Of a stretch of 64,000 bases of DNA, positions 39,220 through 48,161 are shown piece by piece; the stretch's first letter is position 1, and each line of letters begins with the position of its first letter. This DNA is from Methanomassiliicoccales archaeon (GTDB taxonomy: Archaea; Thermoplasmatota; Thermoplasmata; Methanomassiliicoccales; JACIVX01). The notes below the pieces were generated by a model that had not been told where the DNA came from, made no database searches, and worked only from the letters and a program-made list of their open reading frames with translations. The stretch lies in assembly GCA_014361295.1 (NCBI GenBank), contig JACIVX010000001.1:1522359-1586358 (forward strand), in the 5' to 3' direction. The position numbers and the translations under genes are program-made.

Positions 39220-39792
39220 CTATATCAATGCCTGAATGATGAAAATGAGGCCGAAGACCAAGAAGACAGCACCGCTGGCGATTTTTATGTATTTTCGATC
39301 GACCCTCTTGCCGATCTCGCCGCCAAAAAAGACCTCGATGAGCGTGATGAGGGCGAATGCCGCCATCGCACCAGTAAACACAAAGAAGCCTGCACCAGAC
39401 TCAGCAGACAGAGCGATGATAGAAAGCTGTGTCTTGTCTCCGAGCTCCATTAGTGTCACGAAAATGAATGAGCCAAGAAGACCGCCCATCCGCTCGTATT
39501 TCACCTTTTCAATCCTCTCCTCTTTTTCAGGTAGGAGTAGCATTAAGAGGCCCGCAAGAATAAACAAGGCGCCTGCCGCGATCTCGATGATTTCTCTCGA
39601 AATAATTTCGAAAAGGGCATCTCCGATCAAAACGCCGATAGCGGAGACGGTTCCCAGAGCGAGCATTGCCCCGATAAAGACCGACTGGCGGGAATGTTTT
39701 GAGGAGAGGGTAATGACGGCGATCATCGTCTTGTCGCCGATCTCCGTCAGTGCGATCAGAATGAAGGCGGAGATAAGCGGTGCAAGATCCAT
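39220..39792 (-). CDS. UPF0016/GDT1-family cation (Ca2+/Mn2+) transporter
   Basis: Two copies of the E-x-G-D-K-T motif (TEIGDKT; MELGDKTQ) in a 6-TM, 190-aa protein. Confidence 0.75.
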   Translation of the reverse strand: MDLAPLISAFILIALTEIGDKTMIAVITLSSKHSRQSVFIGAMLALGTVSAIGVLIGDALFEIISREIIEIAAGALFILAGLLMLLLPEKEERIEKVKYERMGGLLGSFIFVTLMELGDKTQLSIIALSAESGAGFFVFTGAMAAFALITLIEVFFGGEIGKRVDRKYIKIASGAVFLVFGLIFIIQALI

Positions 39793-39796
39793 TTGA

Positions 39797-40654
39797 TCAC
39801 CGCAACGATCGTTGTTTCCACACGACCGCGATCACTTCTCTCATCATCCTGGCCGCGAGAGCAGCGGTGTTCCCGTTATCATATGGTGGCGAAACTTCGC
39901 TCACATCAAAGCCGACGAGTTTGGGGGCAACGATGTTAAGGCATTTCTTCACATCATAAGGGGAAAGACCGAAAGGTTCTGGCGTTCCAGTCCCAGGAGC
40001 GTAGGCCGGATCGATGCCGTCGATGTCCAGAGAGAAGAAAATCCTATCTTTTTTTATCAGGCTCAATGCCTTCCTGAACGCCTCTTCGACCCCCATCTCC
40101 CTGATCGTGAAGGCATCGAAGTATTTTGGCATCCTATCTCCTATTTCATCGGAAGAAATCGAACGGACGCCAAAAACTACAACATTATCTAATCCAACAT
40201 GTTCAGAAATTCTTCTGGTGACGCAGGCGTGGCTGTTTTTTAGGCCTAGATAGCTTTCCCGATAGTCGAGGTGTGCGTCAATTGTGATGACACCGATGTC
40301 GTCAAATGACCTGACCGTCGGTATTGTCACTGAGTGCTCTCCGCCTATGAAGAGAGGGAATTTCCCAGCCTTTACAATCTTCTTTGCAACTTCGAGAACA
40401 CCGTCGACCATATCGTCAACAGTTCCCACTTCCTCGAAGTCGCCAGCATCGTGTATAGGGATATCAACGAGGTCAATCCCATGCTCGAAAAGTAGCGTCT
40501 CGAAGTTGTAAGAGGAGATTCTTATTGCGTTCGGAGCATACCGAGCGCCTGGGCGGAATGAGGTTGTCCGGTCGAATGGGATGCCCATGATGACAAATGA
40601 TGCGTCATCAAAGGAAGCGTTCGCATCCGCGAACCGCAGATTTGAAATATTCAT
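39797..40654 (-). CDS. speB: agmatinase (ureohydrolase family)
   Basis: GGEHSVT, IDAHLDYRE and SLDIDGIDP are Mn-binding motifs. ATG 40654 lies 1 nt after the aIF5A stop (start moved from 40690). Confidence 0.85.
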   Translation of the reverse strand: MNISNLRFADANASFDDASFVIMGIPFDRTTSFRPGARYAPNAIRISSYNFETLLFEHGIDLVDIPIHDAGDFEEVGTVDDMVDGVLEVAKKIVKAGKFPLFIGGEHSVTIPTVRSFDDIGVITIDAHLDYRESYLGLKNSHACVTRRISEHVGLDNVVVFGVRSISSDEIGDRMPKYFDAFTIREMGVEEAFRKALSLIKKDRIFFSLDIDGIDPAYAPGTGTPEPFGLSPYDVKKCLNIVAPKLVGFDVSEVSPPYDNGNTAALAARMMREVIAVVWKQRSLR

Positions 40655-40655
40655 A

Positions 40656-41042
40656 TCAGACCCTGGTGATCTTTCTCTTACCCATTGCAACGAGGTACAT
40701 GACCTCCTCGCCAGGTTTCAATTGTCCCTTAAGTTCTTCTGGAATATGTAACTGAAAATTCTCGTATGTCTCAAGGTCCATGAGCTGTGCCTCATCGCCG
40801 ACGATCGCTAGAACCTGCGCTTTTCTCTTGTCAATAATAGGCACCTGGACTTTGTGTTTCACAGGATGAACAATACTTCTCTTTTGTTCATCAAATATCC
40901 CGATCGCATCGATTCGAGCTTTCGCTTCGCCATGCTTCCCTGGCTTTGATGTCGTGATTGAAATGATCTTGCATGGTTCATCATCGATGAGGATGTACCT
41001 TCCTTCTTTGAGTTCCCTTACTTCAGCCTGCGTCCATGTCAT
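40656..41042 (-). CDS. translation initiation factor 5A (aIF5A)
   Basis: Hypusination loop [13 protein letters not shown]. 128 aa. Confidence 0.95.
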   Translation of the reverse strand: MTWTQAEVRELKEGRYILIDDEPCKIISITTSKPGKHGEAKARIDAIGIFDEQKRSIVHPVKHKVQVPIIDKRKAQVLAIVGDEAQLMDLETYENFQLHIPEELKGQLKPGEEVMYLVAMGKRKITRV

Positions 41043-41090
41043 GTCTATCAGCCATTGGTAACAGAATGCGATTTAAATAGTTTGCTCATG

Positions 41091-42122
41091 TCAGCGTTTG
41101 CCGTGCGGTTTCTTCGGCGGTGCCGGATATTTATCTTCAATTTCCTTTTTCCTTCTATCCAGCTCTTCAACAAGTCGATCGCCGATGAATTCTCCTCGCC
41201 AGTAATCGACTCTTGCCGCAATCGTGATTTTCGATGCGAGGGAGCGCGCGATCTTTCCCCTATGCCAGTAGGGAGCTCTGTGAACGGCAGGATGCTGATA
41301 TATAATCCCATGTTTCGGCGGCTTCTTATGATTTTTCAAATGAAGAAACATTGCTTTTTCCGCACCGAGCAGTTGAACAGTGCTGGACGGAAGTTTCGAC
41401 AGCCTTTCAAGACTTCCTGCAAGAGAGATCAGTCTGGCAGCAAGGTTGGCGGAGAGCAGTGTTGTCAGATTCGGTGCGATTTCTTCCATTTTGCGGGAAA
41501 TGTAGTTTTCAAAGTGTTCTTTTGTGTCGTAAAGTTTGAGAATTGAGGAGGCGAGCATTCTGATCGCATCGAGATCTTCATCTAGCATTTCTCCTCCAAT
41601 TGATTCGATTTCGACGCCAATTTCCTCTATTATGCTCTCACGCCTGCCGTGCCTGGCAATGAGATCAGTGTATTTCTTCTCTTTCGCATAATCGTTGAGC
41701 TCAGGGAAATGAAGGCCATACCATTCGTGCAGCCTTTCGCTCATCACGTTGATTGATTCATTGATGTCGTCGATCGCCCTGATTGCCTGCACGATTAACC
41801 GATCAGGTTGAACTGATTCTCTCGTTCTCAATTTGCCCAATTCAACCATCGCTTCATGCATCAGTGTCTCTGAAAATGAGAAATCTTCTGGCTTGATGAA
41901 GGAAGTGTCAACATACACCGGCTTTCCCAGCTCAGCGAGTCGAATATCAGCGACCTGCACTCTTTTTTGAGCGAGTTCTCTCTCTTCCGGTAAAATTTCA
42001 CCCTTCTGGATAGAGGCGAGCTTCTGTGCGATGGTCTTCGGATTTTTTTCGAAGAGGATGTATTTCTTGATTTTCTGTCCGTCGCAAAGAAAAACCCCGA
42101 ACCATTTCGTAACGAGAATCAT
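41091..42122 (-). CDS. nop5: C/D box sRNP core protein Nop5 (Nop56/58)
   Basis: NOP domain GAEKAMFLHLKNHKKPPKHGIIYQHP and a basic C-terminal tail KKPHGKR. Confidence 0.85.
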   Translation of the reverse strand: MILVTKWFGVFLCDGQKIKKYILFEKNPKTIAQKLASIQKGEILPEERELAQKRVQVADIRLAELGKPVYVDTSFIKPEDFSFSETLMHEAMVELGKLRTRESVQPDRLIVQAIRAIDDINESINVMSERLHEWYGLHFPELNDYAKEKKYTDLIARHGRRESIIEEIGVEIESIGGEMLDEDLDAIRMLASSILKLYDTKEHFENYISRKMEEIAPNLTTLLSANLAARLISLAGSLERLSKLPSSTVQLLGAEKAMFLHLKNHKKPPKHGIIYQHPAVHRAPYWHRGKIARSLASKITIAARVDYWRGEFIGDRLVEELDRRKKEIEDKYPAPPKKPHGKR

Positions 42123-42159
42123 TGGTAGTGAATATCCACGCTCCCTATTCTTTTTGTTG

Positions 42160-42786
42160 TCACTTTTTCGTATTGATCGCCTTCAACGCCTCTTCCGGCA
42201 GTTCTTCGACTTCACCGAAATGCGTCAGGTGAACCTGAATCGTTGCGAGGAATTCGAGTGTTTCAAGGCGCAAGAAAGCTTCCTCAAGATTCGAACCAAC
42301 GGACAAAGCGCCGTGTTTTTCCAGCAGACAGGCATTGTTGTCGCCGATCATTGCCGCGACGCACTCACCGAGATCATGTGTGCCCGGCACTCTGTATGGG
42401 ATGAGCGGCACTTTTCCGAGTACAAGAGGACCCTCAGGTGTCAATGCGGTTTTCAGAGGTACGCCAGCAACTGCGAGTACAGTTGAGTATATGGGATGGG
42501 TGTGGATCACCGCTCCAACATCTTTCCTTCTCTCGTAAATCGCGATATGCATGGGGGTTTCGATGGACGGTTTTCCCTTTCCAGACGCCTTTCCATCTTT
42601 TATCGTTACGATCAGAATTTCATTTTCTTTCAGAAAACCCTTGCATCGACCAGAGGGTGTGATGAGTATGCGATCATCGTCAACTCTCGCGCTGATATTG
42701 CCTGCCATGCCCGTGTTCAAACCTCTTTCGTAAAGCAATCTTCCGTACCTGACTATCTCTTTTCTCAGCTTTTCTTCGATGGTCAT
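42160..42786 (-). CDS. class II aldolase/adducin-family protein (MtnB-like dehydratase or fuculose-P aldolase-like)
   Basis: Zn motif VIHTHPIYSTVLA and 208 aa. Lies adjacent to the MtnA-like gene, which favours methylthioribulose-1-P dehydratase. Confidence 0.65.
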   Translation of the reverse strand: MTIEEKLRKEIVRYGRLLYERGLNTGMAGNISARVDDDRILITPSGRCKGFLKENEILIVTIKDGKASGKGKPSIETPMHIAIYERRKDVGAVIHTHPIYSTVLAVAGVPLKTALTPEGPLVLGKVPLIPYRVPGTHDLGECVAAMIGDNNACLLEKHGALSVGSNLEEAFLRLETLEFLATIQVHLTHFGEVEELPEEALKAINTKK

Positions 42787-42791
42787 TCATC

Positions 42792-43880
42792 TCATCTCTT
42801 TATTTTCATTTTAGAGATCTCAGACGGCTTGAGAATGCCGATCTCTGTGATGAATCCGGTCACATACTTGTTCGGGGTCACATCGAATGCTGGGTTGAGC
42901 GCGCTTGCACCCTCAGGTGCAATTCTTCGTCCTTCTATTTCCATTACTTCATCCTCGCTTCTGCTCTCAATAGGTATCTCGTCCCCGCTTTCGATGGAGA
43001 AATCGAATGTTGAAACGGGTGCTGCGACATAGAAAGGTATTCCGAGCTCTTTGGCAAGGACCGCTTTTTCGAATGTTCCAATTTTATTCGCAAAATCCCC
43101 ATTTGACGCGATTCTGTCGGCGCCGACGATGATAACATCAACATCTTTTTTCATGTAATGTCCAGAAGCGGCATCGGCGATGATCGCGTGGGGAATTCCC
43201 TCATTCAGCAGCTCCCATGAGGTGAGTCTCATACCTTGGAGACGAGGTCTTGTTTCCGAAACATAGACAAAAAAATTTTTTCCTTCGTCGCGTGCAATGC
43301 GGAGCGGTGCGAGGGCCGTACCAACATCGACAGAAGCGAGAGCCCCTGCGTTGCAGTGGGTCATCACCTTAGAATTGTTTTTTATGAGCGATGAGCCGTG
43401 TTTTCCAATTCTTTTGCATTTTTCAACGATCGCATCGGCATAAGCATTTGCGGCCGTGATAGGATCTTTGCCGGATGCGATGGCGTTGAGCATGTAGTCG
43501 ATCGCGTAAAAAAGATCGTTTGCAGTCGGACGAGTTCGTCTCAACATATTCGTTGCTGTTTCCAAATTGTCACCACGAAGAGCACCAAGAGTTAGACCGT
43601 AGGCAGCTGCCGCACCGATTGAGGGAGCGCCTCTGATCGTCATATTCCTTATCGCCTCGGCCACTTCGCTGCATTTGTAAAATGACAAAATTTTGAATTC
43701 GAGGGGAAGTATTCGCTGGTCGATCATCTTTACCTTATTATTCTCGAACCATACCGCTCTCACTTCAGTCAGCTTTCCTTCAACAATGACCCTCAAGCTC
43801 TCACATCCTGAAATTGACCTCGACTTAGAAAAAATATTGGTTTCATCAAGGTGGATATATGCTCCACCCGGAGACAACAT
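42792..43880 (-). CDS. mtnA: methylthioribose-1-phosphate isomerase-like (eIF-2B alpha/beta/delta family)
   Basis: VWFENNKVKMIDQRILP N-terminal signature, RGAPSIGAAAAYGL and GADRIASNGDFANKIGT. The true start is probably downstream of the track start. Confidence 0.75.
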   Translation of the reverse strand: MLSPGGAYIHLDETNIFSKSRSISGCESLRVIVEGKLTEVRAVWFENNKVKMIDQRILPLEFKILSFYKCSEVAEAIRNMTIRGAPSIGAAAAYGLTLGALRGDNLETATNMLRRTRPTANDLFYAIDYMLNAIASGKDPITAANAYADAIVEKCKRIGKHGSSLIKNNSKVMTHCNAGALASVDVGTALAPLRIARDEGKNFFVYVSETRPRLQGMRLTSWELLNEGIPHAIIADAASGHYMKKDVDVIIVGADRIASNGDFANKIGTFEKAVLAKELGIPFYVAAPVSTFDFSIESGDEIPIESRSEDEVMEIEGRRIAPEGASALNPAFDVTPNKYVTGFITEIGILKPSEISKMKIKR

Positions 43881-44003
43881 TCTTTCTGGATATATTTTGT
43901 CAAAAATAGTAAATACCCAGCATCTTCAAATTTATCGATTGTTTAATGTGGATGTACCATCCAGCGAGGGAATGATTCTTATACTCCTTCAGGAGTGTAA
44001 AAT

Positions 44004-44810
44004 ATGAATTTCCTCATGTCAGATTCATCCATAATGCAGAACACTGGTGATGTAGTAATGGATCGTTTCTTCCAGGTCTATTTGACTTCAAACGGTCTGA
44101 AGCAAATCTCAAATCCTCTGCGTCAAAGGATTCTGAGCGAATTGCAAGATAAAGAGCTGAGCCTTAGCGACATCGCGAACATCACAGGTAAAGCGCAGTC
44201 AACGATTTCTGGACATCTGGAAGAACTGGTCAGAGAAAAACTGATTGCATGTAGGGAGGATCCGACCGACAGTAGAAGGAAAATTTATCATTTGATATCA
44301 AAACCCATCGGCTCCTCGACTAGCCCGAGAGACGATTTAAAAGATGCTATCGGAAAAACGATCGCAGGATCAATCGGCATGCCGAGCACTTTTCTCAAAG
44401 GGGTTATCAGGTCGATCATTCTTGGCATGGAGTCAATAGGACTTAGAATGGAGCCGATGCTCAAAGACATCGGAAAGATGATTGGGACGGAGATTTCGAA
44501 ACGGATGAAATCGAATTCTCTTGAAGAACTTATCAAAGAAATTCAGGAGTTTTACGAAACACACGAGCTTGGTGAGGTCTGCGTTTACTCAGTTAGACCT
44601 CTTGTATTGATCATCAGAGATGAATACAATTGTCATCGAATGCCTGAGACCGGAAGGAGCTTTTGCATTCTTAATGAGGGAATCATTGGAGCAATCCTCG
44701 AGAACCGCACGGGCATGTGTTTAAACATCGTGGTCGATGCGGAGTGCCTTGCGAGTGGCTACAGCCATTGTAAATATTTAGTCGAACCAGCATCAAAAAG
44801 CCATGCCTGA
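44004..44810 (+). CDS. ArsR-type wHTH regulator fused to a V4R-like ligand-binding domain
   Basis: ISNPLRQRILSELQDKELSLSDIANITGKAQSTISGHLEELV (ArsR HTH). The C-terminal ~130 aa contain conserved Cys (CILNEG...CLASGYSHC), as in V4R domains. Confidence 0.6.
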   Translation: MNFLMSDSSIMQNTGDVVMDRFFQVYLTSNGLKQISNPLRQRILSELQDKELSLSDIANITGKAQSTISGHLEELVREKLIACREDPTDSRRKIYHLISKPIGSSTSPRDDLKDAIGKTIAGSIGMPSTFLKGVIRSIILGMESIGLRMEPMLKDIGKMIGTEISKRMKSNSLEELIKEIQEFYETHELGEVCVYSVRPLVLIIRDEYNCHRMPETGRSFCILNEGIIGAILENRTGMCLNIVVDAECLASGYSHCKYLVEPASKSHA

Positions 44811-44927
44811 TCTGCCGATCGAAATAGATTCAACAGCTCAAAGTGACGCAAGTTCGAGAATGACCGATGACCTTTTAGTATCGCTGAAGTAAATCTTTCG
44901 AGTTTTTGTAAAAAATAAATAGATATC

Positions 44928-44951
44928 GGGGCGCGAAGCCCCTGCATTTTT
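44928..44951. terminator. GC hairpin plus T-tract between convergent genes (bidirectional terminator candidate)
   Basis: GGGGC-gcgaa-GCCCC at 44928-44942 followed by TTTTT (44947-44951) on the plus strand. On the minus strand the same hairpin is followed by an oligo-T run. Lies between the ArsR/V4R gene and the DapA-Fae gene. Confidence 0.5.
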
Positions 44952-44968
44952 CTGAGTCCACAATCCGA

Positions 44969-46435
44969 TTATGGCGTGTATTTGAATGGATGCCTCACTG
45001 ATTCTTTCTGATAGAAGATCTCGTCGAGCGTCGGTCTTCCCTCGATTGCTTTTCTGATCGCATATCTCGCCGCCTTGTAATTGTTGACCTTCACCCTGTG
45101 CCTGTTGGCAGCTGCGGGGTGAACAAAAACATTCGCGAGGAGAACGATGTCGTCGAGGATCTCCTTCGGCAGGAAACCGTCCTGGATGCTCGCCTCGATG
45201 GCCCATTTGAGTCCAGCGACGGCGTGAACATACAGCAGCTCTTCCTGTTTCTTCGTTCTCGGCGTGACTGTCGGGACAAGTAAGGTTTTAGGCAGATCGT
45301 GAACGATTCTCATCTTTCCCTGGCCTGCGTCGGCTTGGAGTGCTCTCTCGATCGCAATGTCGACCGGTCCTCCTTTGATACCGATCAACAGGTCTGTGTG
45401 GGCAATTTCGTGATAAGGCGGCCCAGCATAACCTTCGCCGACTTTAAGCGAGAAATTCTCAACGACCGTGGGTGTTTGAGGTGTCGCGGGAACTCTTGTG
45501 ATTATTTTTTTGTCTCCGAGAATGTAAGTGGTCTCCCTCGGCTTGATCTTACCTAGGATTTCCAGTTCGATTCTCATCTCCTCTCTATCCTCGTGCCTGA
45601 ATGCGTCTCCAGGCATCGTCGGTCTTCGCGAATATCCGACATCGATGCCCATCATCCACAGCCCTTCCTTGACTGCTTGATTTCCGCTGGTCCTCGCGAT
45701 GATCCTGACGAGTTTCTGGATCTTCTGTTGAAGCTGTCTCGCCTCTTCGATTTCACCCCTTTGGACATGCTGATAGATTTTCTGCCAGATATCAGGAATG
45801 AGATTGGCACTTGCGAGTATCAGTCCGTCCGCACCGCTGAGCAGTGCAGCAGTTCCCACCTCGTCGTAACCGCAGAGAATATTGATTTTTCCTCGTATCT
45901 TCTCGAAGAGCGCGGTCATGTAAGGCAGATCGCCACTCGAGTCCTTGACACCGATAACATGATCCAGGTACGCAAGTCCTTCTGTTGTCCACCACTGCTG
46001 GTGCATGCCGGCGCATTGTGGAATGTTGTACAGGATAATCGGAAGGCCAACCTCGTTGACCGCGTCAAAATGCTCGTAGATCTCCTTCCACGTTGGGTTG
46101 AAATAATAAGGAGTGACAACGAGCGCCGCATCCGCCCCCATATCCTTTGCTCTCTGCGTTAACTCGACGGTCGCCTTCGTGCTGCTCGCACCTGTACCAG
46201 CAATCACAGGGACTCTCTTGTTGACCTGATCAATGACGATCTCAAGTGTCCTTAGTCTCTCTTCATCCGTCAGATAAACGAATTCCCCTGTCGTTCCAGC
46301 AACGACGAAACCGTTGACATCCTTGATGAGAAAATCAACGAGATTCCTCAGTGCTTCCTCGTCGATCGTTTCATCCTTCTTGAAAGGTGTCACGATCGCT
46401 GGATAGATCCCCTTTAACCATTCAGCCCTGGGCAT
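44969..46435 (-). CDS. DapA-family (class I, Schiff-base) aldolase fused to Fae-like formaldehyde-activating domain, paralog 1
   Basis: N-terminus: AGTTGEF, ILYNIPQ and IGVKDSSG (DHDPS/NAL-family catalytic motifs). C-terminal ~160 aa, KVGEGYAGPPYHEIAHTDLLIGIKGGP...VLLANVFVHPAAAN...NNYKAARYAIRKAIEGRP...VRHPF, align along the whole Fae sequence as I recall it. Confidence 0.75.
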   Translation of the reverse strand: MPRAEWLKGIYPAIVTPFKKDETIDEEALRNLVDFLIKDVNGFVVAGTTGEFVYLTDEERLRTLEIVIDQVNKRVPVIAGTGASSTKATVELTQRAKDMGADAALVVTPYYFNPTWKEIYEHFDAVNEVGLPIILYNIPQCAGMHQQWWTTEGLAYLDHVIGVKDSSGDLPYMTALFEKIRGKINILCGYDEVGTAALLSGADGLILASANLIPDIWQKIYQHVQRGEIEEARQLQQKIQKLVRIIARTSGNQAVKEGLWMMGIDVGYSRRPTMPGDAFRHEDREEMRIELEILGKIKPRETTYILGDKKIITRVPATPQTPTVVENFSLKVGEGYAGPPYHEIAHTDLLIGIKGGPVDIAIERALQADAGQGKMRIVHDLPKTLLVPTVTPRTKKQEELLYVHAVAGLKWAIEASIQDGFLPKEILDDIVLLANVFVHPAAANRHRVKVNNYKAARYAIRKAIEGRPTLDEIFYQKESVRHPFKYTP

Positions 46436-47863
46436 TCACATCACCCCCCTTCCGAACGCCATATCAATCGCGCGCACCGTCGCATCGTAGAAGTTTTTGT
46501 AAAGGATCCCCCGTTCGAGAGCATTTGGATGCACGAAAGCTTTAACGAGCATTACATGCGTGTCGATGATATCTTTCGGGATCACATTCATCTCTACCTT
46601 ATCTGCAATCGCTTTCGCGATTCCTGCCTGGGCTGGACCGTACATGATGTTTGCCTGACGGAGGTTCTTGAGTTCGACCGTTGGAACAATTAGGCAACTC
46701 GGCTTCGCGGATAGATTCGGTTCAAGGATCGCTGGCAGTGCTTCATATCCCCTTCTGAGATACACGAGTTGGCTTGCGAATGCGACGCCGACAGCCCCGT
46801 CTTTCGGACCGGCAACGAGGTCGACGCGCACCTTGTTGATGCCAGTACCAGCGGACGCACTTCCAATGTAGATCATATTATTGCTGAGTTCAGCTGCAGA
46901 AATTCCGATATCTTCGAATCTCTTCTCGAGGGGGAGTTCAGGGGCTTCGACTGGCGGCTCAGACACTGGAATCTTGCCGATTTTCTCGAGCTCGAGCCTG
47001 ATTTCCTCTCGATCCTCGTGGAGAATCACACCGCCCTCCTTCAGGGGGCTCCTCGTCTTCCCCATATCGAGTCCCATGTACTTGAGCGCGATTTTGATTG
47101 GTACTGGCCCGCCGTACCTACAGAAAATTCTCGAGAGCTTTTGGACCTTCAACTGCTGTTTCCTCGCCTCCACGAGATTCCCCTCTCTGACGGCCCTGTA
47201 AACCTTCTGCCAGATATCAGGATAAATCTGTGCGCTCGCGAGAATCATCCCGGTGCATCCTCCTGCGAGCGCTGGAAGCACGACCTCATCATGACCGACG
47301 ACGATATCGATCTTATCGCCAACCTTTTCGAGGACCTCCATTGTGTAAGTTAGATTCCCTGACGAATCCTTCAAACCGACGATGTTGTCGATCTCGGCGA
47401 GGTCCTCGATAACTCTCCTTGGAAGATAGCCACCGACTGTCTGCGGGATGTTGTACATGATGATTGGAATGTCAACTGCACGTGATAGCTGGTAAAAGTG
47501 TTCATAGATTCCTTTGTCGGAGGGATGAAGGAAATAAGGTGTGACGACAAGGCAAGCGTCAGCACCAGCGTCTTCGGCATACTTTGACAATTCGATGACG
47601 TTCCGGGTGCAAGGATCACCGGTTCCAGCAATGACCGGTTTCTTGCCATTCGCCTCGTCAATGCAGATGTCGAAAATTCGTTTCCTCTCTTCGTATTTCA
47701 TGTATTCAAATTCACCGGTTGTACCGCATGGGACGAATCCGTCTACGTGGTCGAAAACACTTCTGATGAGAGCGCGAAAAGCCTCCTCGTTGACCTCCTC
47801 CTTTTTGTCAAAAGGCGTTACGAGAGCGGGATAAACTCCCTGGAGCCTGAATTTCTTGCTCAT
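46436..47863 (-). CDS. DapA-family aldolase fused to Fae-like domain, paralog 2
   Basis: CGTTGEF, IMYNIPQ and VGLKDSSG, then IGSASAGTGINKVRVDLVAGPKDG...MYGPAQAGIAKAI...VMLVKAFVHPNA (Fae-like). Its stop TGA abuts the ATG of paralog 1 (TGAATG). Start moved to Met9 on the basis of the upstream TATA. Confidence 0.75.
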   Translation of the reverse strand: MSKKFRLQGVYPALVTPFDKKEEVNEEAFRALIRSVFDHVDGFVPCGTTGEFEYMKYEERKRIFDICIDEANGKKPVIAGTGDPCTRNVIELSKYAEDAGADACLVVTPYFLHPSDKGIYEHFYQLSRAVDIPIIMYNIPQTVGGYLPRRVIEDLAEIDNIVGLKDSSGNLTYTMEVLEKVGDKIDIVVGHDEVVLPALAGGCTGMILASAQIYPDIWQKVYRAVREGNLVEARKQQLKVQKLSRIFCRYGGPVPIKIALKYMGLDMGKTRSPLKEGGVILHEDREEIRLELEKIGKIPVSEPPVEAPELPLEKRFEDIGISAAELSNNMIYIGSASAGTGINKVRVDLVAGPKDGAVGVAFASQLVYLRRGYEALPAILEPNLSAKPSCLIVPTVELKNLRQANIMYGPAQAGIAKAIADKVEMNVIPKDIIDTHVMLVKAFVHPNALERGILYKNFYDATVRAIDMAFGRGVM

Positions 47864-47900
47864 GAATTCAATCCTCTGCCTCTGCATGGGGAACGAGGGA

Positions 47901-47910
47901 TATTAAATTA
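47901..47910 (-). promoter_or_regulatory. candidate TATA box of the DapA-Fae operon
   Basis: Minus-strand TAATTTAATA about 40 nt upstream of ATG 47863 and only about 14 nt from the longer ORF start. This supports the shorter start. Confidence 0.35.
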
Positions 47911-47986
47911 AGGTCTGTTGAGACAATCGAGCGATGATTTCCGAGTCGAATGAATCGAAGATGCTAGATAATAGAAAAAGCCAGGA

Positions 47987-48001
47987 AATTCGATTCGAAT
48001 T
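47987..48001. promoter_or_regulatory. 15-bp palindrome AATTCGA-T-TCGAATT (candidate operator)
   Basis: Read directly. A second perfect palindrome, GATTCGAATC, lies at 48076-48085, and further TCGAAT/ATTCGA half-sites occur at about 47944-47958 and about 48008 in the same intergenic region. Confidence 0.35.
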
Positions 48002-48161
48002 CACTGTCGATTCATATAATTCTTGTTGCTGAAAGTGATCGGGTTTCTTATTCTTTTGATCATAAGATGGTGATGTGATTCGAATCGTCGATTCTCTGTG
48101 AAGCGAATGTACGCGCAGGCTAAGCTCGGTCGTGCTTCGTACTCGTGTTCGAAGGGATGCG

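Noticed and set aside
39236-39796. 186-aa plus-strand ORF opposite the GDT1-family gene
   Set aside because: The minus-strand product has two E-x-G-D-K-T motifs and a 6-TM profile. The plus-strand translation is low-complexity and antisense.
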